From: Camelus dromedarius
Lineage: Eukaryota
NCBI RefSeq assembly: GCF_036321535.1
Contig: NC_087436.1
Location: 89,096,001-89,160,000 of the forward strand
Length of the DNA stretch: 64,000 nucleotides
Reading direction: 5' to 3'
The position numbers were made by a program, and so were the translations under genes. Positions 38,705 to 52,383 of the stretch are shown in pieces (within the stretch, counting starts at the first letter, position 1; the number at the start of each line of letters is the position of its first letter). A model generated the notes under the pieces. It ran no database searches. It was not told where the DNA came from and worked only from the letters and a program-made list of their open reading frames with translations.

Positions 38705-39654
38705 TGGGGCAACATCAAAAATAAGATTTCTCTTCTCTATGGTAGCATTTAAAACATCCAGAAAAGGCTAGTATGCCTCCCTATCATCATCTTCCTAAAT
38801 ATCTTGGTCTCTTGCTCTGAAGGAAATTATCTTAACATGGCATTGAGAATTGGACACAGTTCTTCACATGTGACTTTACAAGGGCAGACCTTTGTGGAGC
38901 TGCTCCTGCCTCAGGTCTGGACACTGTACTTATTTTATTGCCAGGTGTGAATGTAACACATTATGTAAGTAACACTTAGCATCCCAGCTCTGTAAACCTC
39001 ACATTTTCTCAGCGAATTTTCCATAGTTAATTTAAGCCATTTTATCACATTTTTCTTGTTATTTGCTATTTTTGTGGGCAAGGAAAAAATTATTTTGGAA
39101 ATAACCAAACTTGACTATGGCCTGGCCTTCTGTGCACATGTTGTTACTACCAAGGCATTTAAATCAACACAATGACAATATTCTGAGACTGAGAGGTGGA
39201 CTGAATAGATGGTTCATTAAATTGAATATATTAAGACAATGCCCAAGTTGAAAGTTTCTAAACCATTTCTTTAAAATAAGAAATAAGTGTAAAAATAACC
39301 AGGTATCACTAAATGCTACCTTTGTTTGATAAATTGATTGTGGTTCAGGTGGGAGTGATGCAGACAGTTCATGACCCAAGTGAAGCAAGAAATTCACAGT
39401 GGTTCCTCACAGTTACCAGCTTATGAAAATTCCTAAAATAATTAGAATGTTAAGTTTCCTCTATTTGGCTCTTGGTTGACACGTTTACAATCTTAAATTT
39501 CTGAGATAGTCTTAAAGCATGAATATAAAATTATATAAATTAAAGAATATTTTATTGCAAGTAAAAAAAATTCCCTGCCTTAAATCTTATCTGAAAAAAT
39601 TAAAACCAGACTTTTAATTTTGAGGGAGAGCCAGTCACCCAGAAACTTGAAAGT

Positions 39655-40860
39655 CAAATGAGGAAGTGTGGAGAGTTTTCTTGGTACAATGGGAAATCTT
39701 TGACTATTTTAAAGCACAGAATAACATAACCCAGTTTACATCGTGCAAAGTTCACTCTGGCTACCGGGTAGAGAATGAGTTGGAGGGAGTTAGGGGTGAA
39801 AGCAAGAAGACCAGCAGGAAGACTGCTGCAATGATTCAGGCAAGAAGTCATGGCGGTTTGGAGAAGATTGGTGGCAGTAGGGCTGGAGAGAAATGAAAAG
39901 GTTTGATAAATATCTTGCGAGTAGAATGGATAGTACTTGACAATAGATTGGATAGGAGGAATGTAATGGAGAGAGAGATGTCAACAGTTAATCCTAGGAT
40001 TCTCGTTGGATAATGAGATTAAGGAGGCTGGGAAGGAAACTCATTTGTGAGGGGAAAATTGATAAAAAAAAATTTTAAGCCAATTAAATTTAAGATGCCT
40101 TTGAAACATCAAAGTAGTTATGCCCAGAAGAGTGCTATGTATGTCCTTCTGGGGCTTAGAAGAGATTTGAGCTGAAGATACAGATTTGGAGATCATTGCA
40201 AAAAAGATGTAAAGAGAGGTCATTTTTCACCTTTCTGGGAACACTGTCAGTGGACACGGGAGATGGGTCAGCAGGTTCCAGATTACAGTGGGTTGAGAGG
40301 CTGCTCAGACAATAGACAAGGATATAGACCATTCTTTCAAGTAATTTTGCAAAAGGAAATAGATTAGGAAAAGCTTAAGGGGAGGTGTGAGGGTAGAGGA
40401 GAGGTGTTTTGTGACGAGAAGCGATTACAGGTTGTTTTTTTTGTTTTTTTGGTTTTTTTTTTAGGCTGTGAAGAAAGAGGTAGTAGAGAGAGTGAGAATG
40501 AGGATCTGAAAGATCAGGGGTGGAGGTGTGTGTGAACCTGAGAAAATCAGTTCCCAGAGGGGGAAGAAAGAGATGGAAATCCTGAGCACTGAGGGCAGGG
40601 TCAGCTATAAAAGGCACAGGAGCTCCACTTCCGCTGAAATACAGAGGGCTAACTTAGCATGGTGACGATATAAGGGTGTTGAGAAGAAGATGGGTGAGAC
40701 TGCTGAGAGATTTCAGACCTGAAGTGGCTTCTGCTTTGGGGGTTGGGTATAGTGAGAGACGGCCTTGACTGCTGACATTGAGAATGTGAGATAGGGTGAG
40801 ATTTCCCTCAATAGCCACTGCAGAAAATAAACAGGGAAAGACGTTTGACGCCTCCATGAC
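39655..40860 (-). mobile_element. L2 LINE remnant
   Basis: Purine-rich reverse L2: cactctggctaccgggtagagaat, gactgctgcaatgattcaggcaagaag, agatacagatttggagatcattgca. Confidence 0.65.
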
Positions 40861-42451
40861 TGTTGTCCCAAACCCTTTCTATATTTCCATGAGGCTTGTG
40901 GCTATCAAACCTTCACATGATAGCTTTATTGATTTTAATTCCTAATCTTCTTAGTACTAAACTCCTTGATTGATTTTTCCATGTGCCATTAACTTATTTT
41001 ATAGCATCCCAGGGCTATGAAGCTATTAATCTGCTCCAAGTTCAAGTAAACTTTCAATTTAACAAGTCTTTATGGCCTTTCTAATTTTACTCGATTAGAT
41101 GACATTAAAGAAAGCAAAACATCTTCAATTTTCCTCAAAGGACCTACCCAAGGAAAACATTTCTCTATCCTTGGGGTTGTAATGAAAGAGAATACAAATG
41201 AGTACAGTCTGTAAGGTAGGTAAAATTTCTACTCTGTTTGTCACAAAACTATGATTGGTTCAATCTTATACTGGCGGAATGTCTACCTTATCATTCTTAT
41301 TCCCCAACTGACACTAGACCCTCTCATTTGTAATCACTTTAAAGCTGAGTTGTAGTCTTAATAAAATGTCAAATCAGGGAGAGCTGTTTTAGCAAATAAT
41401 GCAACACATGTTTCCTTGTGAAGAGTTAAAAAACAGACAGAATAACAGATTCAGTATTTATTAACACTTAGCAACATATTGATTACGTACTTAGGCAGGA
41501 ACAAGCAAAGCTCATTTGGACTCCATATTATTGCCGTATGTTACTTCATTGTTTGAAGTTACTACTCTTAAGATTCAGGATCTCTTTACATTGGTTTACC
41601 TCTTATTGAGAAGGGATACACTTTAAGTACAGTTTTAGGGCCAAGAAATGTTGCCATTTGAGGCTTCTAAATTTATTTCAGGGTAACATCAAGGGAATCA
41701 GGACCACTTGGTTTCCTGCATCCACAGACTACCCTTTCTCCACAATCATTTGACCCTTGACCTAAAAGCTAAATTATGCTTCAGCTTCTAGGATCTACTC
41801 TAACCTTGATCAGGGATAATTTTAGGAAATATAGACCAGTCTTTAGTTGATTCAGCATCCTCGACCTAGCTGTGAGTGGTTCTGATGGGTGCTGTACTTC
41901 TAATCACCGATGTTCTGCTTCCTTGCTCACAGCTGATGGCAGGATTCTATTACAGGGAGTCAATTATTTGAGTTTGAGTCCCCACTTCACCACTATCCTT
42001 GTCTTGTGGCCCCAGGTAAGTTATTTTACTTCTCTGAGCCTCAGATACATTCTCTTTCAAATGTTGTTGGAAAGACTTCTGTTAGAGAGGTATTCTATTA
42101 ATGCCTAGCATTTTTCTGGCAAATAGAAGGCAGTTCCTTGTTTTCTTTCCCTTTCTTCCAAGTTCCTGTCTTCACAGACTTTTCACTACACCAGTTCTTA
42201 CAGGCCTGAGTTTTTGCTTTGCTTTAGGTAAACAACTTTAGGAACTAGAGTTTTGTGACCTGTTGTTGGATCACATTGATGATGGTCGCCATCTGCCCCT
42301 AGTCCTCTGTATTGACTGGTTTTAGGGTCCCAGTTGCTATGCTTCATCCATCTGTCCAGAGGACTGATTGCATTTTATTGAATTGCCTCAATGATTATTA
42401 TATGTCTGGGTGGTCACCTGTTGCCTGACACCATATTTCAGAATAACTTTT

Positions 42452-42620
42452 TTTTTAGACATTTTTTACTGATTTATGATCATTTTACAATGTTGTGTCA
42501 AATTCCAGTGTAGAGCACAATTTTTCAGTTATACATGAACATATATATATCCATTGTCACATTTTTTTCTCTGTGAGCTACCATAAGATCTTGTATATAT
42601 CTCCCCGTGCTATACAGTAC
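42452..42620 (-). mobile_element. Very short (~170 bp) 5'-truncated young L1 3'UTR with poly(A) and TSD
   Basis: Near-identical to the 3' end of the L1 at 52850-54917 (tcattttacaatgttgtgtcaaattccag...gctatacagta). TSD gaataactttt at 42441-42451 and 42622-42632. Confidence 0.92.
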
Positions 42621-43528
42621 GGAATAACTTTTGACTCTCTGATTGCTTGGGTCTCCCCCATCCTTACCCCACAAAGTCATTTCTACCTCATTTATAGTTT
42701 TGGTTTTGCTCATTGTGTGATATGATAAATAAACCCAAAAGTCATCTATTTTCTAAATACGAATAAAGAAAATTGCCTGTATAAAAGAAAATTGCCTATA
42801 AAATAAAATATGCACTTTGGGAGAAAATGCTGATGATTTTAGCACTTTGAATTTATGCACAGAATCAATTCAAGCACTTGTCAAAATTCATTGCTTCTTT
42901 AAGTGAATGATGTAAATATAAGATCTTGGAATTTTGACAGACTGTCATATCCTAATGTTGTCCAGCAGAAGCAAAGGTAAAAAAATCACTATCAATGGAA
43001 TAGGGGTCAAGGGTAAAATGCAACCCATATGAATGAGCAATTCGTGAATTATCCTTCTCTTTCTATGTCAATTCCAAAAGCTAATGGTTTACTTGCTTAG
43101 CTAAAGTTCTGCCTTATTTATAAAACATTATTAGTCATTAATAAATAATTGAGCTTATATTTCATTCTATAGTTTGAATTTGGTTGTCATTTAAATCAAA
43201 AGTCACCATTAATACTTTCACATGTTAACACCTTTCAACCAACTTATTTATTTAATGCATTGTAAAATTAGAATATTAATTAAAGAATAGTTCATGAATT
43301 TTCTTGTTCATTCCAAGTTCTACTGGTAACAGATCAATGGCTATGTCTGAATCTATATCTATATTTGCATAAGCATCTTTATGTCTATGTCTGTATTCAG
43401 TAGAAACTAGAATGTAATTACTTATTAATCAGACAATGGAGAATACATTTATTCTTTAATAATACTAGAAGATCACCTGAAATTTTCCCTTTTTCTTTAC
43501 CATTTTGAAAGTATTTTAAATGATCTAA

Positions 43529-44443
43529 CTAAGAGAAATGCAAATCGAAACTACAATGAGGTGTCACCTCACACCAGTCAGAATGGCCATCATTAAAAGG
43601 CCCACAGATGGAGAGGGTATGGAGAGAAAGGAACCCTCCTACACCACTGGTGGGAATGTAAATTGTTACAGCCACTATGGGGAACAGTAAGGAAGTTCCT
43701 TAAAAAACTAAAAATAGTTATCCTATGATCTTGTAATCCAACCCCTGGGCATATATTCAGAGAAAACTCTAATTCAGGAAGATACATGCACCTCAGTGTT
43801 CATAGCAGCACTATTTACAATAGCCAAGACATGAAAGCAACCTAAATGTCCATTGATAGATGACTGGATAAAGAAGATATGGTATGTATGTATATGTGTC
43901 TGAATCTATATCTATATCTGTGTGTGTGTGTGTGTGTGTGCATATGTATATATATATATAATGAAATACTACTCAGCCATAAAAAGAATAAAATAATACC
44001 ATTCACAGCAACATGGATGGACCCAGAAATGATCAGACTAAGTGAAGTAAGTCAGAGAAAGACAAATATCATATGGTATCACTTATGTGGTGGAATCAAA
44101 AAAATGATACAAATGAAATTATTTACAAAGCAGAAATAGACTCACAGACATAGAAAACAAACTATGGCTACCAAAGGAGAAAGGGGTGGGGGGAAGGGAT
44201 TTATTTAACTTAAATTAGGAGTTTGCGATTAATATATACAACAGAAAATAGATAAACAACAAGGACCTACTGTATAGCACAGGGAACTATATTCAGTATG
44301 TTTTAATAGCCTATAATGGAAAAGAATCTAAGAAAGCCTATATACATATATTTATGTATATGTGTAACTGAATCACTTTGCTGTACACCTGAAATGAGCA
44401 CAACATTGTATATCAACTATACTTCAATAAAAAATTAAAAAAA
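43529..44443 (+). mobile_element. 5'-truncated L1 (ORF2 end + 3'UTR) with TSD
   Basis: agagaaatgcaaatcgaaactacaatgagg...tcaactatacttcaataaaaaa. TSD taaatgatctaa at 43517-43528 and 44444-44455, at a tttt/aaa endonuclease-type site. Confidence 0.95.
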
Positions 44444-45193
44444 TAAATGATCTAAAGAAATATATCTCTTCTCACATTACATTAAGTGGTATTACAATGC
44501 TCTGAATTACCTACTGCACTTTCTGTGCCCCTGAATACCAGGAAATGGCCTTGCCTGGTATAAATGGGCTCAAATGCTTGAACGTTGATAGTTGAGAAAC
44601 AATGAAACAAAGATAAGCAATCGATTAAATCTTAGTGACTAAAATATTCAGTAAAGCAATCAATGAAAAACAACCTAAGAGGACAAACCAAAATCAGTCA
44701 TTAAGTCTTTGGCTTAAACCACAAGCCTCATAAATACCATTTATCATCTTGATCTTCCCTTGAAGAAAGATGACTGCACACAAGACTTTAACACAGTTTT
44801 TCTAAAAGACAACAATTTACAGTCCTTCAGGTAGACAGACTATAGAACCAAAAACAATCTCACAAAGTCTTTTCATATTAAACTATTTTCCCTGTTATTG
44901 TCGCAGCTTGGGTATTAGGAGGCCTTAGGAGAAACTTGATTCTGAGAAGGAGAAAGTATGAGTTTATAAATTGTCCAGCTAAAATAAGTAGACTTTCCTT
45001 AATGGTTCCAAAAGATAACTATTGAAATGAACCTTAAATCAGCATTATAAAGGAAAATGTCACTAGACTGTGAACCCTTTGAAAAGTAGGCAGGATAGTG
45101 TAGTTAAAATATCTTGGTACCAATTACTCAGTATGAGGTTGAATTTAATTGGGTCAAGCCAACATCCCTCCTTTTTGTTCCCCTGCCCAAGTA

Positions 45194-45199
45194 ACTCAC
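45194..45199 (-). promoter_or_regulatory. 5' splice donor GTGAGT
   Basis: Plus-strand actcac at 45194-45199 directly abuts the exon end. Confidence 0.9.
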
Positions 45200-45282
45200 A
45201 ACTTTCAATCTCCAGGGTGCAGTTTTGCTCGTCCAGAGGATATCTCCGTAGATCCATCATGCAGGCAGCTGTGGTTGTGATC
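45200..45282 (-). CDS. GABRB1: Internal coding exon (83 nt, Cys-loop exon, exon 5-equivalent) of a GABA-A receptor beta subunit, most likely beta-1
   Basis: Minus strand reads ttttctctcaccctgacag|G ATC ACA ACC ACA GCT GCC TGC ATG ATG GAT CTA CGG AGA TAT CCT CTG GAC GAG CAA AAC TGC ACC CTG GAG ATT GAA AGT T|gtgagt. This gives [27 protein letters not shown], with the C-x13-C Cys loop of GABA-A beta subunits and canonical AG/GT boundaries. The peptide is shared by beta1-3. Beta1 is preferred from recalled codon usage (GAA AGT T end). No next exon within 45 kb argues against beta3. Family call ~0.97; paralog call ~0.7. Confidence 0.9.
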
Positions 45283-45316
45283 CTGTCAGGGTGAGAGAAA
45301 AGACAACATCGTAAGG
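45283..45316 (-). promoter_or_regulatory. 3' splice site: branch point candidate, polypyrimidine tract and CAG acceptor
   Basis: Minus strand ccttAc (A at 45312, ~29 nt upstream of the AG), then tgttgtcttttctctcaccctgacag. Confidence 0.7.
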
Positions 45317-45399
45317 ATGATAACTTTCATTCCCAGGCTTCCCAGCCAAACTCATGCCTACCAGCTGGCATCAAAATTCTGTGATTAAAGATTTTGAAG

Positions 45400-45610
45400 G
45401 CAGGCAGATTGCGTTTGAGTCTTTCTTTGCTGCTCACTGGTGGTGGGAGCTGGGGCTAGTTAATTTATCTCTAGGAGCCTCAGTCCCCTTATCAATCAAA
45501 ACATCGACTGCCTAGAATGGCTGTGAAGACTGAGAGAGATAATGTGCGCAAAGCTTTTAGCCCAGTGCCCTCTGCTTTGTCAGTGCTCCACAAATGATGG
45601 CCATTATTAG
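45400..45610 (+). mobile_element. MIR SINE next to the exon acceptor
   Basis: gagcctcagtccccttatc...ggctgtgaagactgagagagataatgtgcgcaaagc...agtgctccacaaatgatggccattatta. Confidence 0.7.
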
Positions 45611-45772
45611 AGCTATTATTATCCCATTGTCCTTCCTATATTTACTAGCATCCTAGCAATGTCTCTGCCAATATCTGCAGCAAGTCTGGCTTTATGAGCA
45701 GGAGAATATCTACGTTGTGCATCAAAGCCCACCTTCCTCTCCTGCTACAACCTAATAATAAGACAGCAAAAG

Positions 45773-45793
45773 CAACAACAACAACAACAACAA
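45773..45793. repeat. (CAA)n trinucleotide repeat
   Basis: Direct reading. Confidence 0.85.
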
Positions 45794-47345
45794 AATTCGT
45801 CCTTTCTGACTCACATTCCCCACTGTTAGAGAGATCCATCAGATTCATCGCTGAGGCCCTGGTCCACCTGTACTCAGTAGATAGATAGTACATAACCAGG
45901 AAAGAAACGCTATCCTAGGATGGATGTTTACACCATACCTACCGACTCCAGTTCAGCTTATGCATTTATGTAAACCCAAGGCTCCTGACTCCAGATAGCC
46001 TACCCTGGTCCCCATTGTCCCTCCATTTTTCTCGTGCTTGGGCTGGTTTCCTGGACTGTGGGGTCTGAGAGTAGCTCGATTCATATGGCTAGTCCACTCA
46101 TACAAACATGCAATATCACTTTGGAACTGAGAAAGTACTTTCTTAAAAAAAAAAGTAATTACGTGGTCCTCTTTCACAAAGTAATGTGTAATCATAATTT
46201 AAAGAATTCAAAATTCAAATTTAATAATAAGTTTTCTTTTGGCTTTAATCCCCAGGAGCTACAAAGTTGGGAAATTTCCACATATACTCTGTGTACAAAT
46301 AGAAGCCCACCTGTATCTTCTTAGGGGGAACTTCTTAGTTAGAAGCCCAGCAAGCACCCTGCTTTGAATATGGCTTGTTTTCATTGACAGTGCATCTTGG
46401 ATTTGGTTCTATATGAGTCAATAAGCTGCCCGTAAGAAAATTTACTACAATATGTTGAGTTGCATGGAAATAGCATAATTTTTTTCCTAATCAGACTTGG
46501 GGGGATGCATTTATGTTGTTTCGTATCTTTTACAAATAAAGATGCTCTGAATATACTGGTAGATGCTACTGTATCTGACTACATTGACTGGCTATTTCTC
46601 AAAAGGAAATTGTTAGAAAAAATGGTATATGCATTTTAAATTTTGCCACATTGCTATTCACAGAAATCGAGCCGATTTATACTCCCTTCAACAGTGTATG
46701 TCAATTTGACAAAGTACTTTTCATACCTATGATTTTTGAGGCTGCCAAGGCCAGTTATTGTTTTAGTCATTTGTGTTCACCTAACAGGCATCTTCTTAAA
46801 AACATTATTAAGAAAACCCCTAGATCTTCCTAATTTCTCTTTGGCTTTCTTTATGAAAGATGAAAGTAGAGATTTCCTTTGAAGCTTTTCTTAGGCAAAT
46901 GGCAGTCAACTAATCAGATTGATTTGAGCATTAGGCAAGAGTAAAATGAATTTTAAAGTTAATTTAAAAATTTTTTAAAATATGTTTTAAAAAATTTGAA
47001 AACTGGTCATATTCCATAATTTAGCTCATAGGAGGATTTTACTAGATTACTTCTTACTTACTGCACTCATAATCATATGAATTAATTTTTTTGTTTAACA
47101 ATATATCATAACTATCTTTTGTAGTCTGAAAATACAATTCTGCAACATTATTTTTATGGTCTGCAAAGTGTTTCAAACATCTTCAATAAGACAACATAAT
47201 AAATTTTTTAAAAGTCTCAAAAACATTATCTTTTTACTATATTCTTTGTTTAACAGCTACTTATGAATTTTAAAAGTTTTTGAAATTGCAAATATTCTCT
47301 AGGAATTACTAAAGTGTGGCCATCTCTATGACGTTATGACTTAGC

Positions 47346-47560
47346 CAATTCTTTTCAACTGGGGATAATTTTTCCCAACAGGGGACATTTGACAATATCT
47401 GGAGACAGTTTTGATTGTGGAGCCGGGGATGGAAGGTTGATACTGACATCTAGTGGGTGGAGGCCAGGAATGCCACTAAACTTTCTACAATGCCCCCCAG
47501 GACAGCATCCAAGATTTATTTATTCCGAAATGTCATTAGTGTCAAGGTTGAAAAACTCTG
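47346..47560 (-). mobile_element. MER20-like hAT-Charlie element
   Basis: caggggacatttgacaatatctggagacagttttgattgt...catctagtgggtggaggccagg...aatgtcattagtgtcaaggttgaaaaactctg. Confidence 0.85.
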
Positions 47561-49913
47561 CTACAAAGCTGCTTTCATTTTTCCTCTGAGGAAACTTTTA
47601 ATAAAATGAGATCTTATAGAGAACTTCAATATACAAAATACAAATGAAATAAGTGAAAGCCATATTTTGTTAATAACCTTATAAATTCAAACATTGACAT
47701 CTATTTTAATGAGCACACAAATTTGAAAGCAGGGATTACGATGAGAATTATGGTCTTAAATCTCCCTCAGCACCAATTATTTTTGTGTTGTATTTTATTT
47801 GTACGGTATTGAGAAAATCCTAATAAATATGGAAACACTTCTAAAATTATACAGGATCAGACATGGGCTACTGTGAATTAGGGAGGAAAACACCCATCTG
47901 TTCTGTAACCTCCTCTATAATCAACAGCACCTTTGTAAATGATTCAGATGCATTCATAGGTGGCTTTTCTCCAGTAGGTATATAGCAGTGGATTAAAGGA
48001 AAGCCTTACTTGGTGCTCCACACTCTGCATAAGCTAACCTGGAAGCACAAGTTAATATTATGATGGTCTTTAGTGCATTAAAATGTGGCATAGGCCATAT
48101 TATGGCATACATGCTTATAGTTTAAAATCAGTATAATTTAAAAAATAAAATTAGAATAAGATATGTGTGGAATTATTGAAGAGCTTTTGGGATATTTGAT
48201 AACAGCATTTGAGCCCCATTGGTCAACTTTTCTCACTTAATTGACATCAGTTTTAGACACGTGCCATCTGGTTAGTTAACTATATCATATCAAAATCAGA
48301 ACATGCATCAAAATCTTATGCTGAACCACTGATTCACACATTGTGAGGCTCTGGAATTTTTACAAAACAATTTAAAAAGCCAACAAAGCATTGTCTGTAA
48401 AATGAAGATCATATCTCATGCATATGGGTACTACAGCTGGGAGTAATTAAAAAAAGCTTTTGAAAATCGTAACTGAGTTTACTGTTACTATCTGTTATGA
48501 CCAATCCGTTCAGCAATTAATAAATATAAATTGAATTGATATCACCTTGGGAAACTGCACATCACACCAGAAACTTGCCCATGACCTGATGTGTTTTCAA
48601 CTATGATGTCCTAGGGGAACTCACTTTTCCTGTTCCATTAAGACACTAAAGACAGTTAAGTAGTCACAACTTAGAAAGAGACGAAATCAAGGCAGCTCCA
48701 AGACCTTGAGCAGCGGGAAATGCCTGCCTCTCTCTGGAGAGCACTGACATTAGTGAAACAGCTACCTTCTTGGGATCTACCTTTCCAAAGTTTGGAATCT
48801 ACCTCCAAAATTCTCAAGAGGATTTCATTGGCCCAATGTGGCTTAGGTGCTAACTATCCCCAAATTATTTAGACACAAATACAGTCACCAGGGACCTGTA
48901 AAATCTCTTACCCAAGAAGAGAGAGATCTTTGAGACTCAAAAGAGGGACCATTATGCAAGTAGGTAAGCATAAATTCATGTTGTGGCCTGTAAAAATTTA
49001 TGCAACAGAATGTCAGTCTCTGCTAACTTAAGGATTTGGCGTATCTAGATTTTGTAATACTTATGACTAAGGGAGCTGAGTGTCCTGTGCTCTTTGTGAG
49101 AAAAATTGCTCAGCAAGAATTCCCAGGATCATCAACAAAAAGAGAGATGATGTCCCTAGCAGAGTTCTGTTGAGGTCTTAACTTCTGGGTGTGAAGTAGC
49201 AATGAACATCTCTAAGAATGACTACTCTCTGTGTTTCCATTTTTTCATCTTGCATAATGTGATTACTCAGCAGTGGTTAGTCATCTCTACACTTAATTAA
49301 CACACCTTCATGGAAATGTTCTCACACTGAGGTTGAAGCAGCCTGATATTCAAAATCCTCTATGGAGGCAAAGGTGCCAAAAATCACAAAACTAGATGAA
49401 TTGAGGGCTTTGAGACTGAAGTGTTTTGTGAATTTTGTTTTTGACTTTTAACACTCAAGTCATTCATTCTGACTGTGTGAAAATATGACCATTGGCTGAT
49501 AGCAAATGAAAGTACAATAGACTAGAACCAGCTAAAGGCAAAAGCATTAACTGACGGCTTTTCTGAACACAGACTTCCCAAAGGTGCAGATTCGTGACAG
49601 TGTAACATTCATGTCTTCTTTCAAAGACATTTAGAATGACTTACACTATAATCCAATTTATTAACATTTTAAAGGTTAGGTTAGAACACTATAATCAGCT
49701 CTTAGTTAGAAACTATGGTTCCACGATACTTTGGAATGAATGGAAATCATGTTGCTGTAGTATTTATTTATTAAGATGTAGGCTGCATGGTCATTGAGCT
49801 TCAGTCACTGTTATCACAAGTTATGTACATTTGATGTCTAAGGGCAGCATGACTCTTATTGCTGATAAAACACAATCCAGGAAGTCCCGGCCCTTAACTA
49901 GCCTAAAACCTAG

Positions 49914-49915
<2 letters not shown>

Positions 49916-49948
<33 letters not shown>
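49916..49948. repeat. (CA)n microsatellite
   Basis: Direct reading. Confidence 0.95.
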
Positions 49949-49950
<2 letters not shown>

Positions 49951-50524
49951 GTGCACTTTTGCAAATAAGAATGGGAACATAAATAAATGAACAAATTATG
50001 CACATCTGGGTGAGATTTCCCTATAATCTTCAATTTTATAGGAATGAACTCCAATTTGTAAATGTGATCTCTGTAGAGCATAACTGTACAGTTTGGTAGA
50101 ATCTGTATGAAAGGAATATGAGAAAGACGATGGGGAAAAAAGCCTGAAAATGCTGAATCCTAATCATACCCCTAAGATTGATGAGATTGATAGAGAGTAA
50201 CAGTAATAAGACTGATATCAGTATCACTTTGTAAAGTTTGTTTGTAGAATGTTCCATGGCTTCTTTTGGCCTTCAGGCTGAACCCTTAATCCATGTTAGG
50301 TTTATCACCCAAAGATACCAGTGAAAGATGACAGATGGGCTAGCCTGAGTCATGACCAATGAGCACATAGATTTTTTTTCCCTTTCTGAGTGATGAAAAG
50401 AATATGTATTATCTTCATAGTTGGCACCAAAATTTTATTTTAGGTAGGTTACTAGATTTGGGGAAATACCTTGGTATTTGAAGGTGAAATCCTGAGAGCA
50501 GGAGACATGAATGATAGAGAAACA

Positions 50525-51383
50525 AAAAGCACTTGAAAAAATGCTCAATATCGCTAATTATCAGAGAAATGCAAATCAAAACTACAATGAGGTAACATCA
50601 CCTCACACCAGTCAGAATGGCCATCGTTCAAAAGTCCACAAATGATAAATGCTGGAGAGGCTGTGGAGTAAACGGAACTCTCACACACTGTTGGTGGAAA
50701 TGCAGTTTAGTGCAGCCATTATGGAAAACAGTATGGAGATTCCTCAAAAGACTAAAAATAGACTTACCATATGATCCAGCAATCCCACTCCTGGGTATGT
50801 ATTCCCAAGGAAACCTTAATTCAAAAAGATAAATGCACCCCAATGTTCATAGCAATACTATTTACAATAGCCAAGTAATGGAAACAACCTAAATGTCCAT
50901 CAACAGATGACTGGATAAAGAAACTGTGGTATACTTATACAATGGAATACTACTCAGCCATAAAAAAGAAAAATACCATTTGCAGCAACATGGATGGACC
51001 TGGAGAATGTCATTTAAGTGAAGTAAGCCAGAAAGAGAAAGAAAAATATGATATCACTTAATATGTGGAATCTAAAAAAAAAAGACAAATGAACTTATTT
51101 ACAAAATAGAAACACACTCATAGACAGAAAACAAACTTATGGTTACCGTGGGGGGAAGAGGGTGGGAAGGGATAAATTGGGAGTTTGCGATTTGCAGATA
51201 TTAACTTATATATAAAATAGATAAACAAGTTTATACTGTATAGCACAGGGAAATATATTCAGTATCTTGTGGTAATTTATGGTGAAAAAGAATATGAAAA
51301 CGAATATATGTATGTTCCTATATGACTGAAGTATTGTGCCATACAGCAGGAATTGACGCAACATTGTAAACTGACTATACTTC
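50525..51383 (+). mobile_element. 5'-truncated L1 (ORF2 CCHC region + 3'UTR); tail position occupied by (TA)n
   Basis: ORF 50617-50832 gives [34 protein letters not shown]. The 3'UTR ends cattgtaaactgactatacttc. Confidence 0.95.
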
Positions 51384-51447
51384 TGTGTGTATATATATAT
51401 ATATATATAATATATATATATATATATGTATGTGTATATATATGTAT
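51384..51447. repeat. Interrupted (TA)n microsatellite at the L1 tail position
   Basis: Direct reading. Confidence 0.9.
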
Positions 51448-51925
51448 AAATTGCTGTGAGATTTAAGAAGAATTTAGATGTGGGAAAGCAAAATGATGGA
51501 GTAGTAAAATATTTCAAAAACAGTCTTATATAATATTCAATTTTAAGATTTTGCATTGCTATGATAATAAATTTTTCTCTATTTATCTAAACCAAGCTCC
51601 ATCCCAGAATCCCCCCACACTAAAGCTTTATGTAAATGCTTTATACTCTTGTAAAGTGGCTTAATTTCATATCTTGACAGTATTCATGGAACAGTATTCT
51701 GTAAATTAAACCAATTCAGCAAGACCTGAACTTCAAAGCCAGAGGTAGCCAAATCATGAAACCCTCTGGGAAGCCCCAGCAATCCTGCAGAAGGTGTTGG
51801 ACTCCCACAAATAATGGGTTGTGTATTTAAGCTACTCTTACCCAGATCTAAAGGGGCAGGGTGATCTCAGCTAGTATTATGTTAAAATCATATATGACAG
51901 CTATTGTCCTAAGCATCTTTCTTAC

Positions 51926-52383
51926 TATATTAGTTATCAATTGCCCTTATAGCAAGTTACCATAAATTTAGTGGTTTAAAACAACACAGATTTACTCTCT
52001 TATAGTTCTAGAGGTTTGAAGTCCTAAAATCAAGATTTCAGCAGGGCTGTGTTCCTTGTGGAGGCTCTAGGGAAGAATCTATTTCCTTGCCTTTTCCAGC
52101 TTCTAGAGACTGCCTGCATTCCTTGGCTCATGCCCTCTTCCTCTGTCTTCCTCCATCATTCCAATGTCTCCTTCCATTCTCACCCTCTGACTCTCCTGTC
52201 TTCCTTGTATAAGAACCCTTGTGATTACATGAGACCCAGTATGCCCCCAGTATAATCTCATTTCAAAATCCTTACATTAATCACATCTGTGAAGTCCCTG
52301 TTGATACTGTAAGGAAACATATTTACAGATCCTGAGAATTCTGATATGGACCTCTTTGGAGGGCCATTATTCTGGCTACCACA
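51926..52383 (-). mobile_element. MLT1C-like MaLR solo LTR
   Basis: tttagtggtttaaaacaacacagattta...ggaggctctagggaagaatc...ttaatcacatctgtgaagtccc...gggccattattctggctaccaca. Confidence 0.85.

Noticed and set aside
45063..45260. 65-aa [15 protein letters not shown]... as a standalone gene
   Set aside because: It is the internal exon read through its GTGAGT donor into the intron.
46968..46997. 13-bp AT-only palindrome
   Set aside because: Low-complexity A/T runs form such palindromes readily by chance.
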